From UHGV virus genome UHGV-1351569: a DNA stretch of 64,000 nucleotides; one strand, 5' to 3'. A program made the position numbers and the translations under genes. The notes beneath the pieces are model-generated. The model saw only the letters and a program-made list of their open reading frames with translations. It had not been told where the DNA came from and did no database searches. Origin of the DNA: a virus. Position 1 is the stretch's first letter, and every line of letters starts with the position of its first letter. Shown one piece after another: positions 10,606 through 24,210 of this stretch.

Positions 10606-11514
10606 ATGTTTAAACGTAAATCTACTGCTGAACTCGCTGCACAAATGGCTAAACTGGCTGGAAATAAAGGTGGTTTTTCTTCTGAAGATAAAGGCGAGTG
10701 GAAACTGAAACTCGACAATGCGGGTAACGGTCAAGCAGTAATTCGTTTTCTTCCGTCTAAAAATGATGAACAAGCACCATTCGCAATTCTTGTAAATCAC
10801 GGTTTCAAGAAAAATGGTAAATGGTATATTGAAAACTGTTCATCTACCCACGGTGATTACGATTCTTGCCCAGTATGTCAGTACATCAGTAAAAATGATT
10901 TATACAACACTGACAATAAAGAGTACGGTCTTGTTAAACGTAAAACTTCTTACTGGGCTAACATTCTTGTAGTAAAAGACCCAGCTGCTCCAGAAAATGA
11001 AGGTAAAGTATTTAAATACCGTTTCGGTAAGAAAATCTGGGATAAAATCAATGCAATGATTGCAGTTGATGTTGAAATGGGTGAAACTCCGGTTGATGTA
11101 ACTTGTCCGTGGGAAGGTGCTAACTTTGTACTGAAAGTTAAACAAGTTTCTGGTTTTAGTAACTACGACGAATCTAAATTCCTGAATCAATCTGCGATTC
11201 CAAACATTGACGATGAATCTTTCCAGAAAGAACTGTTCGAACAAATGGTTGACCTTTCTGAAATGACTTCTAAAGATAAATTCAAATCGTTTGAAGAACT
11301 GAGCACTAAATTCGGTCAAGTCATGGGAACTGCTGTGATGGGCGGTGCCGCAGCAACTGCCGCTAAGAAAGCTGATAAAGTTGCTGATGATTTGGATGCA
11401 TTCAATGTTGATGACTTCAATACAAAAACTGAAGATGATTTTATGAGCTCAAGCTCTGGCAGTTCATCTAGTGCTGATGACACGGACCTGGATGACCTTT
11501 TGAATGACCTTTAA
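10606..11514 (+). CDS. 32: single-stranded DNA-binding protein gp32
   Basis: 302-codon [51 protein letters not shown]...; acidic Ser/Asp-rich C-terminus. Confidence 0.97.
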   Translation: MFKRKSTAELAAQMAKLAGNKGGFSSEDKGEWKLKLDNAGNGQAVIRFLPSKNDEQAPFAILVNHGFKKNGKWYIENCSSTHGDYDSCPVCQYISKNDLYNTDNKEYGLVKRKTSYWANILVVKDPAAPENEGKVFKYRFGKKIWDKINAMIAVDVEMGETPVDVTCPWEGANFVLKVKQVSGFSNYDESKFLNQSAIPNIDDESFQKELFEQMVDLSEMTSKDKFKSFEELSTKFGQVMGTAVMGGAAATAAKKADKVADDLDAFNVDDFNTKTEDDFMSSSSGSSSSADDTDLDDLLNDL

Positions 11515-11536
11515 TAGATTATATTACTAATTAATT

Positions 11537-11561
11537 GGGGACCCTAGAGGTCCCCTTTTTT
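11537..11561 (+). terminator. rho-independent terminator after gene 32
   Basis: GGGGACC-ctaga-GGTCCCC followed by TTTTTT. Confidence 0.8.
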
Positions 11562-11586
11562 ATTTCAAAAATTTTTTCGCAAAACA

Positions 11587-11616
11587 GTTTACATCCTTGT
11601 CCTTCCATGGTACTAT
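11587..11616 (+). promoter_or_regulatory. T4-type early promoter (GTTTAC -35, TACTAT -10)
   Basis: GTTTAC at 11587-92, 18 nt spacer ending in TGG, TACTAT at 11611-16; upstream of ORF at 11660. Confidence 0.5.
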
Positions 11617-11659
11617 ACAACTATCGGCAATACTGCTGATGATTAAAGAGGAAAACAAT

Positions 11660-11887
11660 ATGGCTAAAGTTGATATTGACATCGTTGATTTTGAATATAT
11701 TGAAGAAATTATTCGTAATCGTTATCCTGAACTTAGTATCACAAGCGTACAAGATTCTAAGTTTTGGAGTATTCAAATCGTTATTGAAGGTCCTCTTGAA
11801 GACCTCACCCGCTTTATGGCTAATGAGTATTGTGACGGCATGGATTCTGAAGACGCAGAATTTTACATGGGATTAATTGAACAATAA
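11660..11887 (+). CDS. hypothetical protein (frd.3-like position)
   Basis: ATG 11660 with SD AAAGAGGAAAA upstream; 75 aa [25 protein letters not shown]...; track ORF extends from an upstream start. Confidence 0.7.
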   Translation: MAKVDIDIVDFEYIEEIIRNRYPELSITSVQDSKFWSIQIVIEGPLEDLTRFMANEYCDGMDSEDAEFYMGLIEQ

Positions 11888-11932
11888 TTATCAAGGGGCT
11901 ATAAAGCCCCTATTAAAATGAGGAAAATCAAA

Positions 11933-12319
11933 ATGGAAATCGGCAAAAAATACAAGTTAAATCCACATCGTATTAAATCTTTCATTGATATTAGTTCATC
12001 AAATGCTAATATGGTCGACATCATTCAAGAAAATGGTGGTTGGTTTGAAGTTAAATCAATATCAAATTTAGATGGCTTTGATTATGTAACCGAAATCATT
12101 TGTGCTAATGGCGAAATCTATAATGATGATGGTATGGGTGATGATTATTTTGAACTTAGTGAAGAAGAGTTTTATTGTTTCTGCGAGTATAAAGAACCGA
12201 ATTCTGAAGAAGATGAAATCGAAGACAAGGTTTCTGGCGTAACAAAAATCCACTGCATTGTTGACGAAAACAATGTAGATGAAATCATTGAACTTTTGCG
12301 AAAAACTTTCAAAAAGTAG
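11933..12319 (+). CDS. hypothetical acidic protein
   Basis: ATG 11933 preceded by GAGGAAAA; 128 aa MEIGKKYKLNPHRIKSF...; the track start at 11918 lies inside the SD. Confidence 0.7.
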   Translation: MEIGKKYKLNPHRIKSFIDISSSNANMVDIIQENGGWFEVKSISNLDGFDYVTEIICANGEIYNDDGMGDDYFELSEEEFYCFCEYKEPNSEEDEIEDKVSGVTKIHCIVDENNVDEIIELLRKTFKK

Positions 12320-12348
12320 TTTACAGAAGGGTAGTAGTGTGATACTAT
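12319..12348 (+). promoter_or_regulatory. T4-type early promoter with embedded inverted repeat
   Basis: GTTTAC 12319-24, TACTAT 12343-48; 10 bp inverted repeat GGGTAGTAGT/ACTATTACCC (12329-12353) spans the -10. Confidence 0.5.
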
Positions 12349-12378
12349 TACCCTATCAAAACTAATGGAGAAAAGAAA

Positions 12379-12447
12379 ATGTTCGCACCTTATATTATGG
12401 CAGCAGTTATGTTAGTTTGCTTATACCTTTTGATTAAAGCTTGCTAA
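12379..12447 (+). CDS. possible small hydrophobic peptide (22 aa)
   Basis: ATG 12379 with GGAG 9 nt upstream; MFAPYIMAAVMLVCLYLLIKAC then TAA. Below the track size cut-off; hand-translated. Confidence 0.35.
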   Translation: MFAPYIMAAVMLVCLYLLIKAC

Positions 12448-12457
12448 GGAGAATAAA

Positions 12458-12700
12458 ATGAGATTACAACGCCAGAGCATCAAAGATTCAGAAGTTAGAG
12501 GTAAATGGTATTTTAATATCATCGGTAAAGATTCTGAACTTGTTGAAAAAGCTGAACGTCTTTTGCGTGATATGGGATGGGAAGATGAATGCGATGGATG
12601 TCCTCTTTATGAAGATGGAGAAAGCGCAGGATTCTGGATTTACCATTCTGACGTTGAACAGTTTAAAGCTGATTGGAAAATTGTGAAAAAGTCTGTTTGA
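12458..12700 (+). CDS. hypothetical protein
   Basis: 80 aa ORF with SD AAGGAGAATAAA before ATG. Confidence 0.7.
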   Translation: MRLQRQSIKDSEVRGKWYFNIIGKDSELVEKAERLLRDMGWEDECDGCPLYEDGESAGFWIYHSDVEQFKADWKIVKKSV

Positions 12701-12710
12701 GAAAAATATT

Positions 12711-13066
12711 ATGTCTAACATTCATATAACTGGAATTACCCAAGTAAAAATTCGTTGCCAACTTAAAACCGCGCCTGGGACGACTTTTATTAATTTATCA
12801 CACGACATAGATTCCCGTGAAAGCCAGTTAATGGGTGTAATTACATTTTACGCTGGATTTGGCGGAAACGAATTTACTGTAGGCGAAATTGTCGGCCGTA
12901 AATTAAAAGTTCAGAAGAACGTATTAGAACTTTTTAATGACCTTTACGACGATAGTGACGAAGTTTTTGATGAAATCGCACAAGCAGTTAACAGAGGAAT
13001 GGTAACTTTAGTTAAAATGATTGACGCTAGCGGATATGCTCATGACCCTTTTCAATGGGAGATAAT

Positions 13067-13070
<4 letters not shown>
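12711..13070 (+). CDS. hypothetical protein
   Basis: 119 aa ORF, tightly packed in the early operon. Confidence 0.7.
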
Positions 13071-14095
<1,025 letters not shown>

Positions 14096-14096
<1 letters not shown>

Positions 14097-14956
14097 TGAA
14101 ACAATACCAATTTTTAATTAAAGATATCCTGGAAAATGGCTACGAAACCGATGACCGAACGGGCACAGGAACAATTGCTCTGTTCGGTACTAAATTGCGT
14201 TGGGATTTAACCAAAGGTTTTCCTGCAGTAACGACTAAGAAGCTCGCCTGGAATGCATGTATTGCTGAGCTTCTATGGTTTATTTCCGGTTCTACCAATG
14301 TTAATGATTTACGTCTTCGCACTCATGGTAGTCTTATTCAAGGTAAAACTATTTGGGACGATAACTATGAAAACCAGGCTAAAGACCTAGGATATCATAG
14401 TGGTGAACTTGGTCCTATATACGGTAAACAATGGCGTGATTTCGGCGGTGTGGATCAATTAGTTGAAACTATTGATCGTATTAAAAAATTACCAACTGAT
14501 CGACGTCAAATCGTTTCAGCATGGAATCCAGTTGAAATCAATCAAATGGCATTACCGCCCTGTCATATGTTCTATCAGTTTAATGTGCGTAATGGTTATC
14601 TTGATTTACAATGGTACCAAAGAAGTGTAGATGTTTTCTTGGGCTTGCCATTCAACATTGCCTCGTACGCTGCCTTGACGCATATTGTGGCTAAGATGTG
14701 TAATCTTATCCCAGGAGATTTGATATTTTCTGGTGGTAATACTCACATCTATATGAATCATACGGCGCAATGTAAAGAAATTTTACGTCGTGAGCCTAAA
14801 GAACTGTGTGAACTTAAAATTGATTGGCCTATAGAGTTTGGAAATTGTGACACCGAAACACAGCTTTACTGGTTAACTGAATACATGAAACCGAAAGATT
14901 TTATCCTTGAAAATTATGAATCGCATCCAGCAATTAAAGGGAAAATGGCAATATGA
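14096..14956 (+). CDS. td: thymidylate synthase, uninterrupted (no intron)
   Basis: ATG 14096 gives 286 aa [38 protein letters not shown]...[11 protein letters not shown]...; contiguous reading frame. Confidence 0.95.
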
Positions 14957-15216
14957 TTTTACGATTTAAAGATACTTCTGGTATAGTTCTTTTTACACTT
15001 CCTAATCCAAGGGAGTTAGAAGTTCCAGGACCAGAACAGCCTATTATCATTTATGGTAAAAAATATTATACTCATAAAATGACTCGTGAGTATTTTGACA
15101 ATAAAATTTCCACAGTTAAAACTTCTTCCGATTGTTACTATGATATTACTGTATTAACGGAAAAACAATATGACGAATTATTCCAGCGTGGGCCGTCTAT
15201 GCCGGGTAGTGAATAA
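14953..15216 (+). CDS. hypothetical protein
   Basis: 87 aa ORF; ATG overlaps td stop. Confidence 0.6.
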   Translation: MILRFKDTSGIVLFTLPNPRELEVPGPEQPIIIYGKKYYTHKMTREYFDNKISTVKTSSDCYYDITVLTEKQYDELFQRGPSMPGSE

Positions 15217-15496
15217 ATACAAATCCGACTTTGATGTTAATATTCACCGCGGTACATTTTGGGGAAATTACGTCGGTAAAGATGCTGGCAGCCGGGAGGC
15301 TGCCATTGAATTATTCAAAAAAGATTTTATACGTCGAATTAAATCCGGAGAAATAACTAAAGCACATTTAGAGCCTTTACGTGGAATGAGGCTAGGATGC
15401 ACATGTAAACCAAAGCCGTGTCATGGTGATATAATAGCTCATATAGTTAACCGATTGTTTAAAGACGATTTTCAAGTTGAGGACTTATGCAATTAA
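15170..15496 (+). CDS. hypothetical protein with CxC...PxPCHGD motif
   Basis: 108 aa; contains [18 protein letters not shown]. Start uncertain (47 nt overlap with the upstream ORF). Confidence 0.55.
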   Translation: MTNYSSVGRLCRVVNKYKSDFDVNIHRGTFWGNYVGKDAGSREAAIELFKKDFIRRIKSGEITKAHLEPLRGMRLGCTCKPKPCHGDIIAHIVNRLFKDDFQVEDLCN

Positions 15497-17751
15497 TTAA
15501 TGTTATCAAAAGTAGTGGTGTTTCTCAGAGCTTTGACCCGCAAAAAATTATTAAAGTTTTATCTTGGGCAGCTGAAGGAACATCTGTAGATCCTTATGAA
15601 TTATATGAAAATATTAAATCATATCTCCGTGATGGAATGACCACTGATGACATTCAGACTATTGTCATTAAGGCTGCTGCGAATTCTATTTCAGTTGAAG
15701 AGCCTGATTATCAATATGTAGCTGCACGCTGTTTAATGTTTGCTCTTCGTAAGCATGTTTATGGGCAGTATGAACCACGTTCATTTATTGACCATATTTC
15801 TTACTGTGTAAATGAAGGTAAATATGACCCTGAATTATTGTCAAAATATTCAGCAGAAGAAATTACATTTTTAGAATCAAAAATTAAGCACGAACGGGAT
15901 ATGGAATTTACTTATTCCGGGGCGATGCAATTAAAAGAAAAATATCTAGTTAAAGATAAAACCACTGGTCAAATTTATGAAACTCCACAGTTTGCATTTA
16001 TGACTATTGGAATGGCACTGCATCAAGATGAACCTGTTGATAGATTAAAACATGTTATCCGTTTTTATGAAGCAGTATCTACTCGACAGATTTCATTGCC
16101 AACTCCTATTATGGCTGGTTGCCGTACTCCAACTCGACAGTTTAGTTCATGCGTTGTTATTGAAGCAGGTGATTCGCTGAAGTCTATCAATAAGGCTTCT
16201 GCTTCAATTGTTGAGTATATTTCTAAACGAGCTGGAATCGGCATTAACGTTGGTATGATTCGTGCCGAAGGTTCTAAGATTGGCACAGGTGAAGTACGCC
16301 ATACTGGTGTTATTCCTTTTTGGAAACATTTTCAGACTGCAGTTAAATCATGTTCACAGGGTGGAATTCGTGGCGGCGCTGCTACTGCTTATTATCCTAT
16401 TTGGCATTTGGAAGTTGAAAATCTTCTCGTTTTGAAAAATAACAAAGGCGTAGAAGAAAACCGTATTCGTCATATGGATTATGGTGTTCAGCTGAATGAT
16501 TTGATGATGGAACGATTCGGAAAGAACGATTACATTACTTTGTTCAGTCCGCATGAAATGGGTGGCGAGCTTTATTATTCTTATTTTAAAGACCAAGACC
16601 GTTTCCGTGAATTATACGAAGCAGCAGAAAAAGACCCTAATATTCGTAAAAAGCGTATTAAAGCTCGTGAACTATTTGAATTGCTCATGACTGAACGTTC
16701 AGGAACAGCAAGGATTTATGTGCAGTTCATTGATAATACGAATAACTATACTCCATTTATTCGTGAAAAGGCACCTATTCGTCAGAGTAACTTGTGCTGT
16801 GAAATTGCTATTCCAACAAATGATGTGAATAGTCCTGATGCTGAAATTGGATTGTGTACGTTATCTGCATTTGTGTTGGATAACTTCGATTGGCAAGACC
16901 AAGATAAAATTAATGAATTAGCAGAAGTTCAAGTTCGCGCTCTTGATAATCTTTTGGATTACCAAGGATATCCAGTTCCTGAAGCAGAAAAAGCTAAAAA
17001 GCGTCGAAATCTTGGTGTAGGTGTTACTAACTATGCAGCTTGGCTGGCAAGTAACTTTGCTTCTTATGAAGATGCTAACGATTTAACACATGAACTATTT
17101 GAGAGATTACAGTATGGACTCATCAAAGCATCCATTAAGCTCGCCAAAGAAAAAGGACCTTGCGAATATTATTCAGACACTCGTTGGTCTCGAGGCGAAT
17201 TACCTATCGACTGGTACAATAAAAAGATTGACCAAATCGCAGCTCCAAAATACGTTTGTGACTGGTCGTCGCTGCGGGAAGACCTTAAGCTCTTTGGCAT
17301 CCGTAATAGCACATTATCAGCACTTATGCCATGTGAGTCATCTTCCCAAGTTTCTAACAGTACAAACGGTATCGAGCCTCCACGTGGACCAGTCTCTGTT
17401 AAAGAATCAAAAGAGGGTTCCTTTAATCAAGTCGTGCCCAATATTGAGCATAACATAGACCTCTATGATTATACGTGGAAATTAGCTAAGAAAGGTAATA
17501 AACCTTATCTTACGCAAGTAGCTATTATGCTTAAATGGGTATGTCAATCAGCTTCAGCGAATACATATTATGACCCGCAGATTTTTCCAAAAGGAAAGGT
17601 TCCAATGTCAATAATGATTGATGACCTTTTGTATTTTTGGTATTTTGGCGGAAAAAATTTCTATTATCATAATACCCGTGACGGTTCTGGTACTGATGAT
17701 TATGAAATAGAAACTCCAAAAGCTGAAGATTGCGCAGCGTGTAAATTGTAA
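15487..17751 (+). CDS. nrdA: ribonucleotide reductase large subunit
   Basis: 754 aa (T4 NrdA length); N-terminal ATP-cone region, active-site cysteines (NLCCEI...). Confidence 0.95.
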   Translation: MQLINVIKSSGVSQSFDPQKIIKVLSWAAEGTSVDPYELYENIKSYLRDGMTTDDIQTIVIKAAANSISVEEPDYQYVAARCLMFALRKHVYGQYEPRSFIDHISYCVNEGKYDPELLSKYSAEEITFLESKIKHERDMEFTYSGAMQLKEKYLVKDKTTGQIYETPQFAFMTIGMALHQDEPVDRLKHVIRFYEAVSTRQISLPTPIMAGCRTPTRQFSSCVVIEAGDSLKSINKASASIVEYISKRAGIGINVGMIRAEGSKIGTGEVRHTGVIPFWKHFQTAVKSCSQGGIRGGAATAYYPIWHLEVENLLVLKNNKGVEENRIRHMDYGVQLNDLMMERFGKNDYITLFSPHEMGGELYYSYFKDQDRFRELYEAAEKDPNIRKKRIKARELFELLMTERSGTARIYVQFIDNTNNYTPFIREKAPIRQSNLCCEIAIPTNDVNSPDAEIGLCTLSAFVLDNFDWQDQDKINELAEVQVRALDNLLDYQGYPVPEAEKAKKRRNLGVGVTNYAAWLASNFASYEDANDLTHELFERLQYGLIKASIKLAKEKGPCEYYSDTRWSRGELPIDWYNKKIDQIAAPKYVCDWSSLREDLKLFGIRNSTLSALMPCESSSQVSNSTNGIEPPRGPVSVKESKEGSFNQVVPNIEHNIDLYDYTWKLAKKGNKPYLTQVAIMLKWVCQSASANTYYDPQIFPKGKVPMSIMIDDLLYFWYFGGKNFYYHNTRDGSGTDDYEIETPKAEDCAACKL

Positions 17752-18392
17752 TGAATTATCAAAAAATTTATAACGACCTAATTTCCCGAGCTCAGGCTCG
17801 GGAACCTTTATCCGAATATAAAGAGACTCATCATATAATCCCTAGATGTATGGGAGGTTCTGATGATAAAGAAAATTTAGTTGAATTAACAGGTAGAGAG
17901 CATTTTATAGCTCATTGGCTTTTATGCAAAATATATGACACCCCAGGATTAAAGAAAGCTTTTGGTTTAATGTGCTTGACTGGTAAAAATCGCTCATATA
18001 AAATTTCTTCTCAACTATACGAATTAGGTAGACGACGTTTATCTGAAGCTGCTATAGGACGTGAAGTTTCTATAGAAACCAGGGAAAAGATAAGTAGAGC
18101 TCTTAAAGGAAGGAAATTTACCAAAGAGCATTTAGCTCGCATGAGAAAACCTAAAACCGAAGAAGCTAAAAAGAATATAGCTGCTGCTAAAGTCGGCGTG
18201 CTTAATCCGATGTATGGTACAATCTCTCCGACAAGAGATGTTCCTCATACTAAAGAAACTCGTGATTTGATTTCTTTGAGAACTAAGCAAAGTATAGAGT
18301 ATCCGCCTTGTCCGCATTGTGGCAAGAAAGTTAATAAAGGCAATGCTCTAAGATGGCATTATGATAAATGTAAATTTAAGGATTCTAAATGA
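17751..18392 (+). CDS. mobE: HNH homing endonuclease, MobE-like
   Basis: 213 aa; ETHHIIPRCMGGSDDKENLVELTGREHFIAH (HNH motif) plus repeated basic NUMOD-like motifs; sits between nrdA and nrdB as T4 mobE does. Confidence 0.8.
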   Translation: MNYQKIYNDLISRAQAREPLSEYKETHHIIPRCMGGSDDKENLVELTGREHFIAHWLLCKIYDTPGLKKAFGLMCLTGKNRSYKISSQLYELGRRRLSEAAIGREVSIETREKISRALKGRKFTKEHLARMRKPKTEEAKKNIAAAKVGVLNPMYGTISPTRDVPHTKETRDLISLRTKQSIEYPPCPHCGKKVNKGNALRWHYDKCKFKDSK

Positions 18393-19567
18393 GTACAGTT
18401 TTTAATACATCCCCTGTTAATATTTTGACTGAGCCGATGTTTTTTGGTTCTGGATTGGGTTTAGCTCGATATGATATTCAACGGCATAGAGTATTTGAAG
18501 AACTTATTGAGAAATCTTTATCATTTTTCTGGCGTCCTGAAGAAGTAAACTTGATGATGGATGCTGCACAATTTAACAAGCTTCCTCAGTATCAGCAAGA
18601 TATTTTTACTAATAACCTGAAGTATCAATCACTTCTAGATAGCATTCAGGGTCGTGCACCGTCTGCTGTACTTATGTCATTAATTTCAGATCCAAGCCTT
18701 GATACGTGGGTTGCTACATGGACTTTTAGTGAAACTATTCACAGTCGTTCATACACTCATATCATGCGTAACCTCTATACAGACCCATCTAAGGTATTTG
18801 ATGAAATTCTGTTAGATGATGCAATTATGAAACGCGCCGAATCCATTGGTCGTTATTACGACGATGTTATTGAGAAAACACGTGAATGGGAAAATGCTAA
18901 AGAAATTTTTAAATGTTTTTCCGAAAATGAATATGATTTGGATGCATATTCAAATAGTCTTATGCATGTGGAAGAATGTAAACGTGCATTAATGAAATCT
19001 CTTTACCTCTGTTTGCATGTAATCAACGCATTGGAAGCTATTCGTTTTTATGTATCTTTCGCATGTACCTTTAACTTCCATAAGAACATGGAAATCATGG
19101 AAGGTAATGCCAAGATTATGAAGTTCATTGCACGTGATGAGCAGCTTCACCTTAAAGGTACCCAATATATTATTCGTCAGCTTCAATCCGGTACTGATGG
19201 TGATGAATGGGTTAAAATCGCCCAAGAGTGTGAACAAGAAGCAGTTGATATTTTCATGGAAGTTAACCGCCAAGAAAAAGATTGGGCAGTTCATTTATTT
19301 AAAGATGGTGATGTTCCTGGATTAAATACAAATAGCATGTGGAGCTTTATTGATTACTTAACCGTATCTCGTATGAAACAGTGCGGTCTTCCATGCCCAA
19401 TTACCGATGCTCCGGTTAAACATCCGTATCCTTGGATTCGTGAATATCTTAATTCTGATAATGTTCAATCCGCACCACAAGAAGTAGAACTGTCATCTTA
19501 CCTTGTAGCACAGATTGATAATGATGTTGATGATAAAGTTATGATGAGTTTTAAAAAATATTTTTAA
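18389..19567 (+). CDS. nrdB: ribonucleotide reductase small subunit, uninterrupted
   Basis: 392 aa contiguous ORF; di-iron ligand region (...ETIHSRSYTH...), C-terminal acidic tail. Confidence 0.95.
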   Translation: MSTVFNTSPVNILTEPMFFGSGLGLARYDIQRHRVFEELIEKSLSFFWRPEEVNLMMDAAQFNKLPQYQQDIFTNNLKYQSLLDSIQGRAPSAVLMSLISDPSLDTWVATWTFSETIHSRSYTHIMRNLYTDPSKVFDEILLDDAIMKRAESIGRYYDDVIEKTREWENAKEIFKCFSENEYDLDAYSNSLMHVEECKRALMKSLYLCLHVINALEAIRFYVSFACTFNFHKNMEIMEGNAKIMKFIARDEQLHLKGTQYIIRQLQSGTDGDEWVKIAQECEQEAVDIFMEVNRQEKDWAVHLFKDGDVPGLNTNSMWSFIDYLTVSRMKQCGLPCPITDAPVKHPYPWIREYLNSDNVQSAPQEVELSSYLVAQIDNDVDDKVMMSFKKYF

Positions 19568-19571
19568 GGAG

Positions 19572-19594
19572 TGGGCCGCAAGGCCCATTTTATT
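19572..19594 (+). terminator. hairpin with GNRA-type loop after nrdB
   Basis: TGGGCC-gcaa-GGCCCA followed by TTTTATT, immediately before the denA ATG. Confidence 0.55.
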
Positions 19595-21182
<1,588 letters not shown>

Positions 21183-21185
21183 GCT

Positions 21186-21215
21186 GTTTACAAGTCCCTC
21201 GTGTTGTGTTATAGT
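21186..21215 (+). promoter_or_regulatory. T4-type early promoter upstream of alc
   Basis: GTTTAC 21186-91, TATAGT 21210-15; followed by a leader able to pair CCTC...TGTTAT with ATAACA..GAGG around the SD. Confidence 0.5.
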
Positions 21216-21246
21216 AGTCTTACTGACATAACATGAGGACTTTATG

Positions 21247-21750
21247 ATGGATTTGCAGCTTATTACTACTGAAATGGTCGTTGAAGCATACGGTGATACT
21301 ACAGATGGGATTTCTGTATTCAAAGGAAATCGTCGAGTTGGATATATCACCGATCTTAAGAAAGATTTAGCTAAGCAAGTCAAGCGGAAAACGACCATTA
21401 AAGAATATCGAAATCGTCGTCTTGAGCAAGCCCGTGATATGCTTCCTGATGCGGTTGAAGAGATGAAAGTCTTTTTAGAAAATCAACTCGCTAAGTATGA
21501 TTGTGAAGTGTTCATTAATCAGACTCAACCTAATGTTCATATCAATAATTGCAAATGCTACATCATCGTTAATCCTTTGACGGGAAAACATCGTCTTGGA
21601 ATTAGTAATCCAAATCGTAGTGCATCGGATATGGCAGAAGATGTTGAGGCATGCTTTAAAATTTCTAAATCTCCGGCTGAACATCATATTTTAATTAACG
21701 GTCTTTCTCAAGATGATATTATAGAGGTTATTAAAACTTTATGCAATTAA
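21247..21750 (+). CDS. alc: Alc, inhibitor of host transcription on cytosine-containing DNA
   Basis: 167 aa MDLQLITTEMVVEAYGDTTDGISVFKGNRRVGY...; follows gene 63 as in T4. Confidence 0.9.
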   Translation: MDLQLITTEMVVEAYGDTTDGISVFKGNRRVGYITDLKKDLAKQVKRKTTIKEYRNRRLEQARDMLPDAVEEMKVFLENQLAKYDCEVFINQTQPNVHINNCKCYIIVNPLTGKHRLGISNPNRSASDMAEDVEACFKISKSPAEHHILINGLSQDDIIEVIKTLCN

Positions 21751-22094
21751 GTAATACGACAGCAGGCTTGTTATTAATTGTAATTGCATTAGGCGGAACT
21801 TCTTTAATTTTAAAAAATAAAATTGAAAGATTAGAAACGTCTGTTGTAGAAATTACAAAAACTGCTAATGAAAATGCTTTAGCATTAAATGATTTAAAAA
21901 ATCAATATAATTATATTGATGCAATGAATAATAAAAATCGTGAATCAATTGCTGCAATTGAGCGTGAAAATGAAAAACTGCGCAAAGACGCAAAGAAGGC
22001 GGATGTGGTGGCTCATAAGCCAGGATTGGTTGAAAAACAAATCAACAACTCCTTCAACAAGTTCGCAGAAGACATCCAGGACCTTTCTAAATGA
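21741..22094 (+). CDS. pseT.3: spanin inner-membrane subunit (i-spanin)
   Basis: 117 aa; N-terminal TM helix AGLLLIVIALGGTSLIL then coiled-coil-like periplasmic region; overlaps the next ORF. Confidence 0.75.
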   Translation: MQLSNTTAGLLLIVIALGGTSLILKNKIERLETSVVEITKTANENALALNDLKNQYNYIDAMNNKNRESIAAIERENEKLRKDAKKADVVAHKPGLVEKQINNSFNKFAEDIQDLSK

Positions 22095-22390
22095 TTAAAC
22101 TATCAGCAGTAATATTATCTATCGGTCTTCTAGTTGGTTGTTCGACAAAGCCTCTAGAAGTAAAGAAAGAAACAGTTCATCCTAATTGGCCTGTGCAAAT
22201 AAAGTCATATGATGAAGCTAAACTATCTTGGCAAGTTAAAGTTATTGATGGTAAAGCTTGGGTAGGTATGCCATTTGAAGATTCTCAGGAATTTCGTATT
22301 TGGCTTAATGATGTAAAACGATATGTACATGACCAGAAAACTATGATATGTTATTATCGTCAAGAGCTAAAAGAGGATAAATGTAAATGA
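22091..22390 (+). CDS. pseT.2: spanin outer-membrane lipoprotein subunit (o-spanin)
   Basis: 99 aa; signal peptide with lipobox LLVGC at residues 13-17; immediately downstream of the i-spanin. Confidence 0.75.
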   Translation: MIKLSAVILSIGLLVGCSTKPLEVKKETVHPNWPVQIKSYDEAKLSWQVKVIDGKAWVGMPFEDSQEFRIWLNDVKRYVHDQKTMICYYRQELKEDKCK

Positions 22391-22613
22391 TTTCATGGCA
22401 TCAATTTGAACATCTAAAAGAATTAATTTATGAATCCGAGATGGCTGCAATGATTTATGGACGACAGATTCAACGATTAGAATCTTTACCTCCAACTAAT
22501 GATGTTTTATTAGCTCAATCACGCGCTAATCTCAAAAATGAATATCAAAATAAGTGGGGTAAAGCATCTAAAGACCTGCATGATTATATTCAATCATTGG
22601 TTGAGAAAAATAA

Positions 22614-22617
<4 letters not shown>
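22387..22617 (+). CDS. hypothetical protein
   Basis: 76 aa ORF overlapping neighbours by 4 nt. Confidence 0.65.
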
Positions 22618-23817
<1,200 letters not shown>

Positions 23818-23818
<1 letters not shown>

Positions 23819-24015
23819 TGGCTTTACATCATGAAACTTGGTCTATTGTTATTGTAAATAGCGGTTTAGTTGGTACTAGTAATGGGCAATTTTGTGTATT
23901 CACTAGTGAAAACAGAGCTTGGGAGGAATGTCTTAAATTAAGAGAAAAGAATCCTAATGTTGAACTAACAGTAAAGAAAACTAAACTGCCTTTACCATGG
24001 AAAACTTATGAATAA
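23818..24015 (+). CDS. hypothetical protein
   Basis: 65 aa ORF, start overlaps pseT stop. Confidence 0.6.
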
Positions 24016-24208
24016 TCTAGAAAAGATTTATCGTCTTTGTGATAAAATTGAAAAAGAAAAGAAATATCTATTTTGTTTATGGCCTATTGTTGATGGAAGA
24101 GTAGGTTTAGATGTTCTTGATTATGAAACAGAAGACAAAGTAGATGGTTCAATTTTTGATAACGCTTTGGATGTTATTGATTGGCTTGAAGAAAATTATG
24201 TGAGGTAA
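24008..24208 (+). CDS. hypothetical protein
   Basis: 66 aa ORF. Confidence 0.6.
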   Translation: MNNLEKIYRLCDKIEKEKKYLFCLWPIVDGRVGLDVLDYETEDKVDGSIFDNALDVIDWLEENYVR

Positions 24209-24210
24209 AT

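Noticed and set aside
10900-11319. 139 aa minus-strand ORF inside gene 32
   Set aside because: Antisense to gp32; low-complexity Phe/Asn-rich translation typical of A/T-rich antisense frames.
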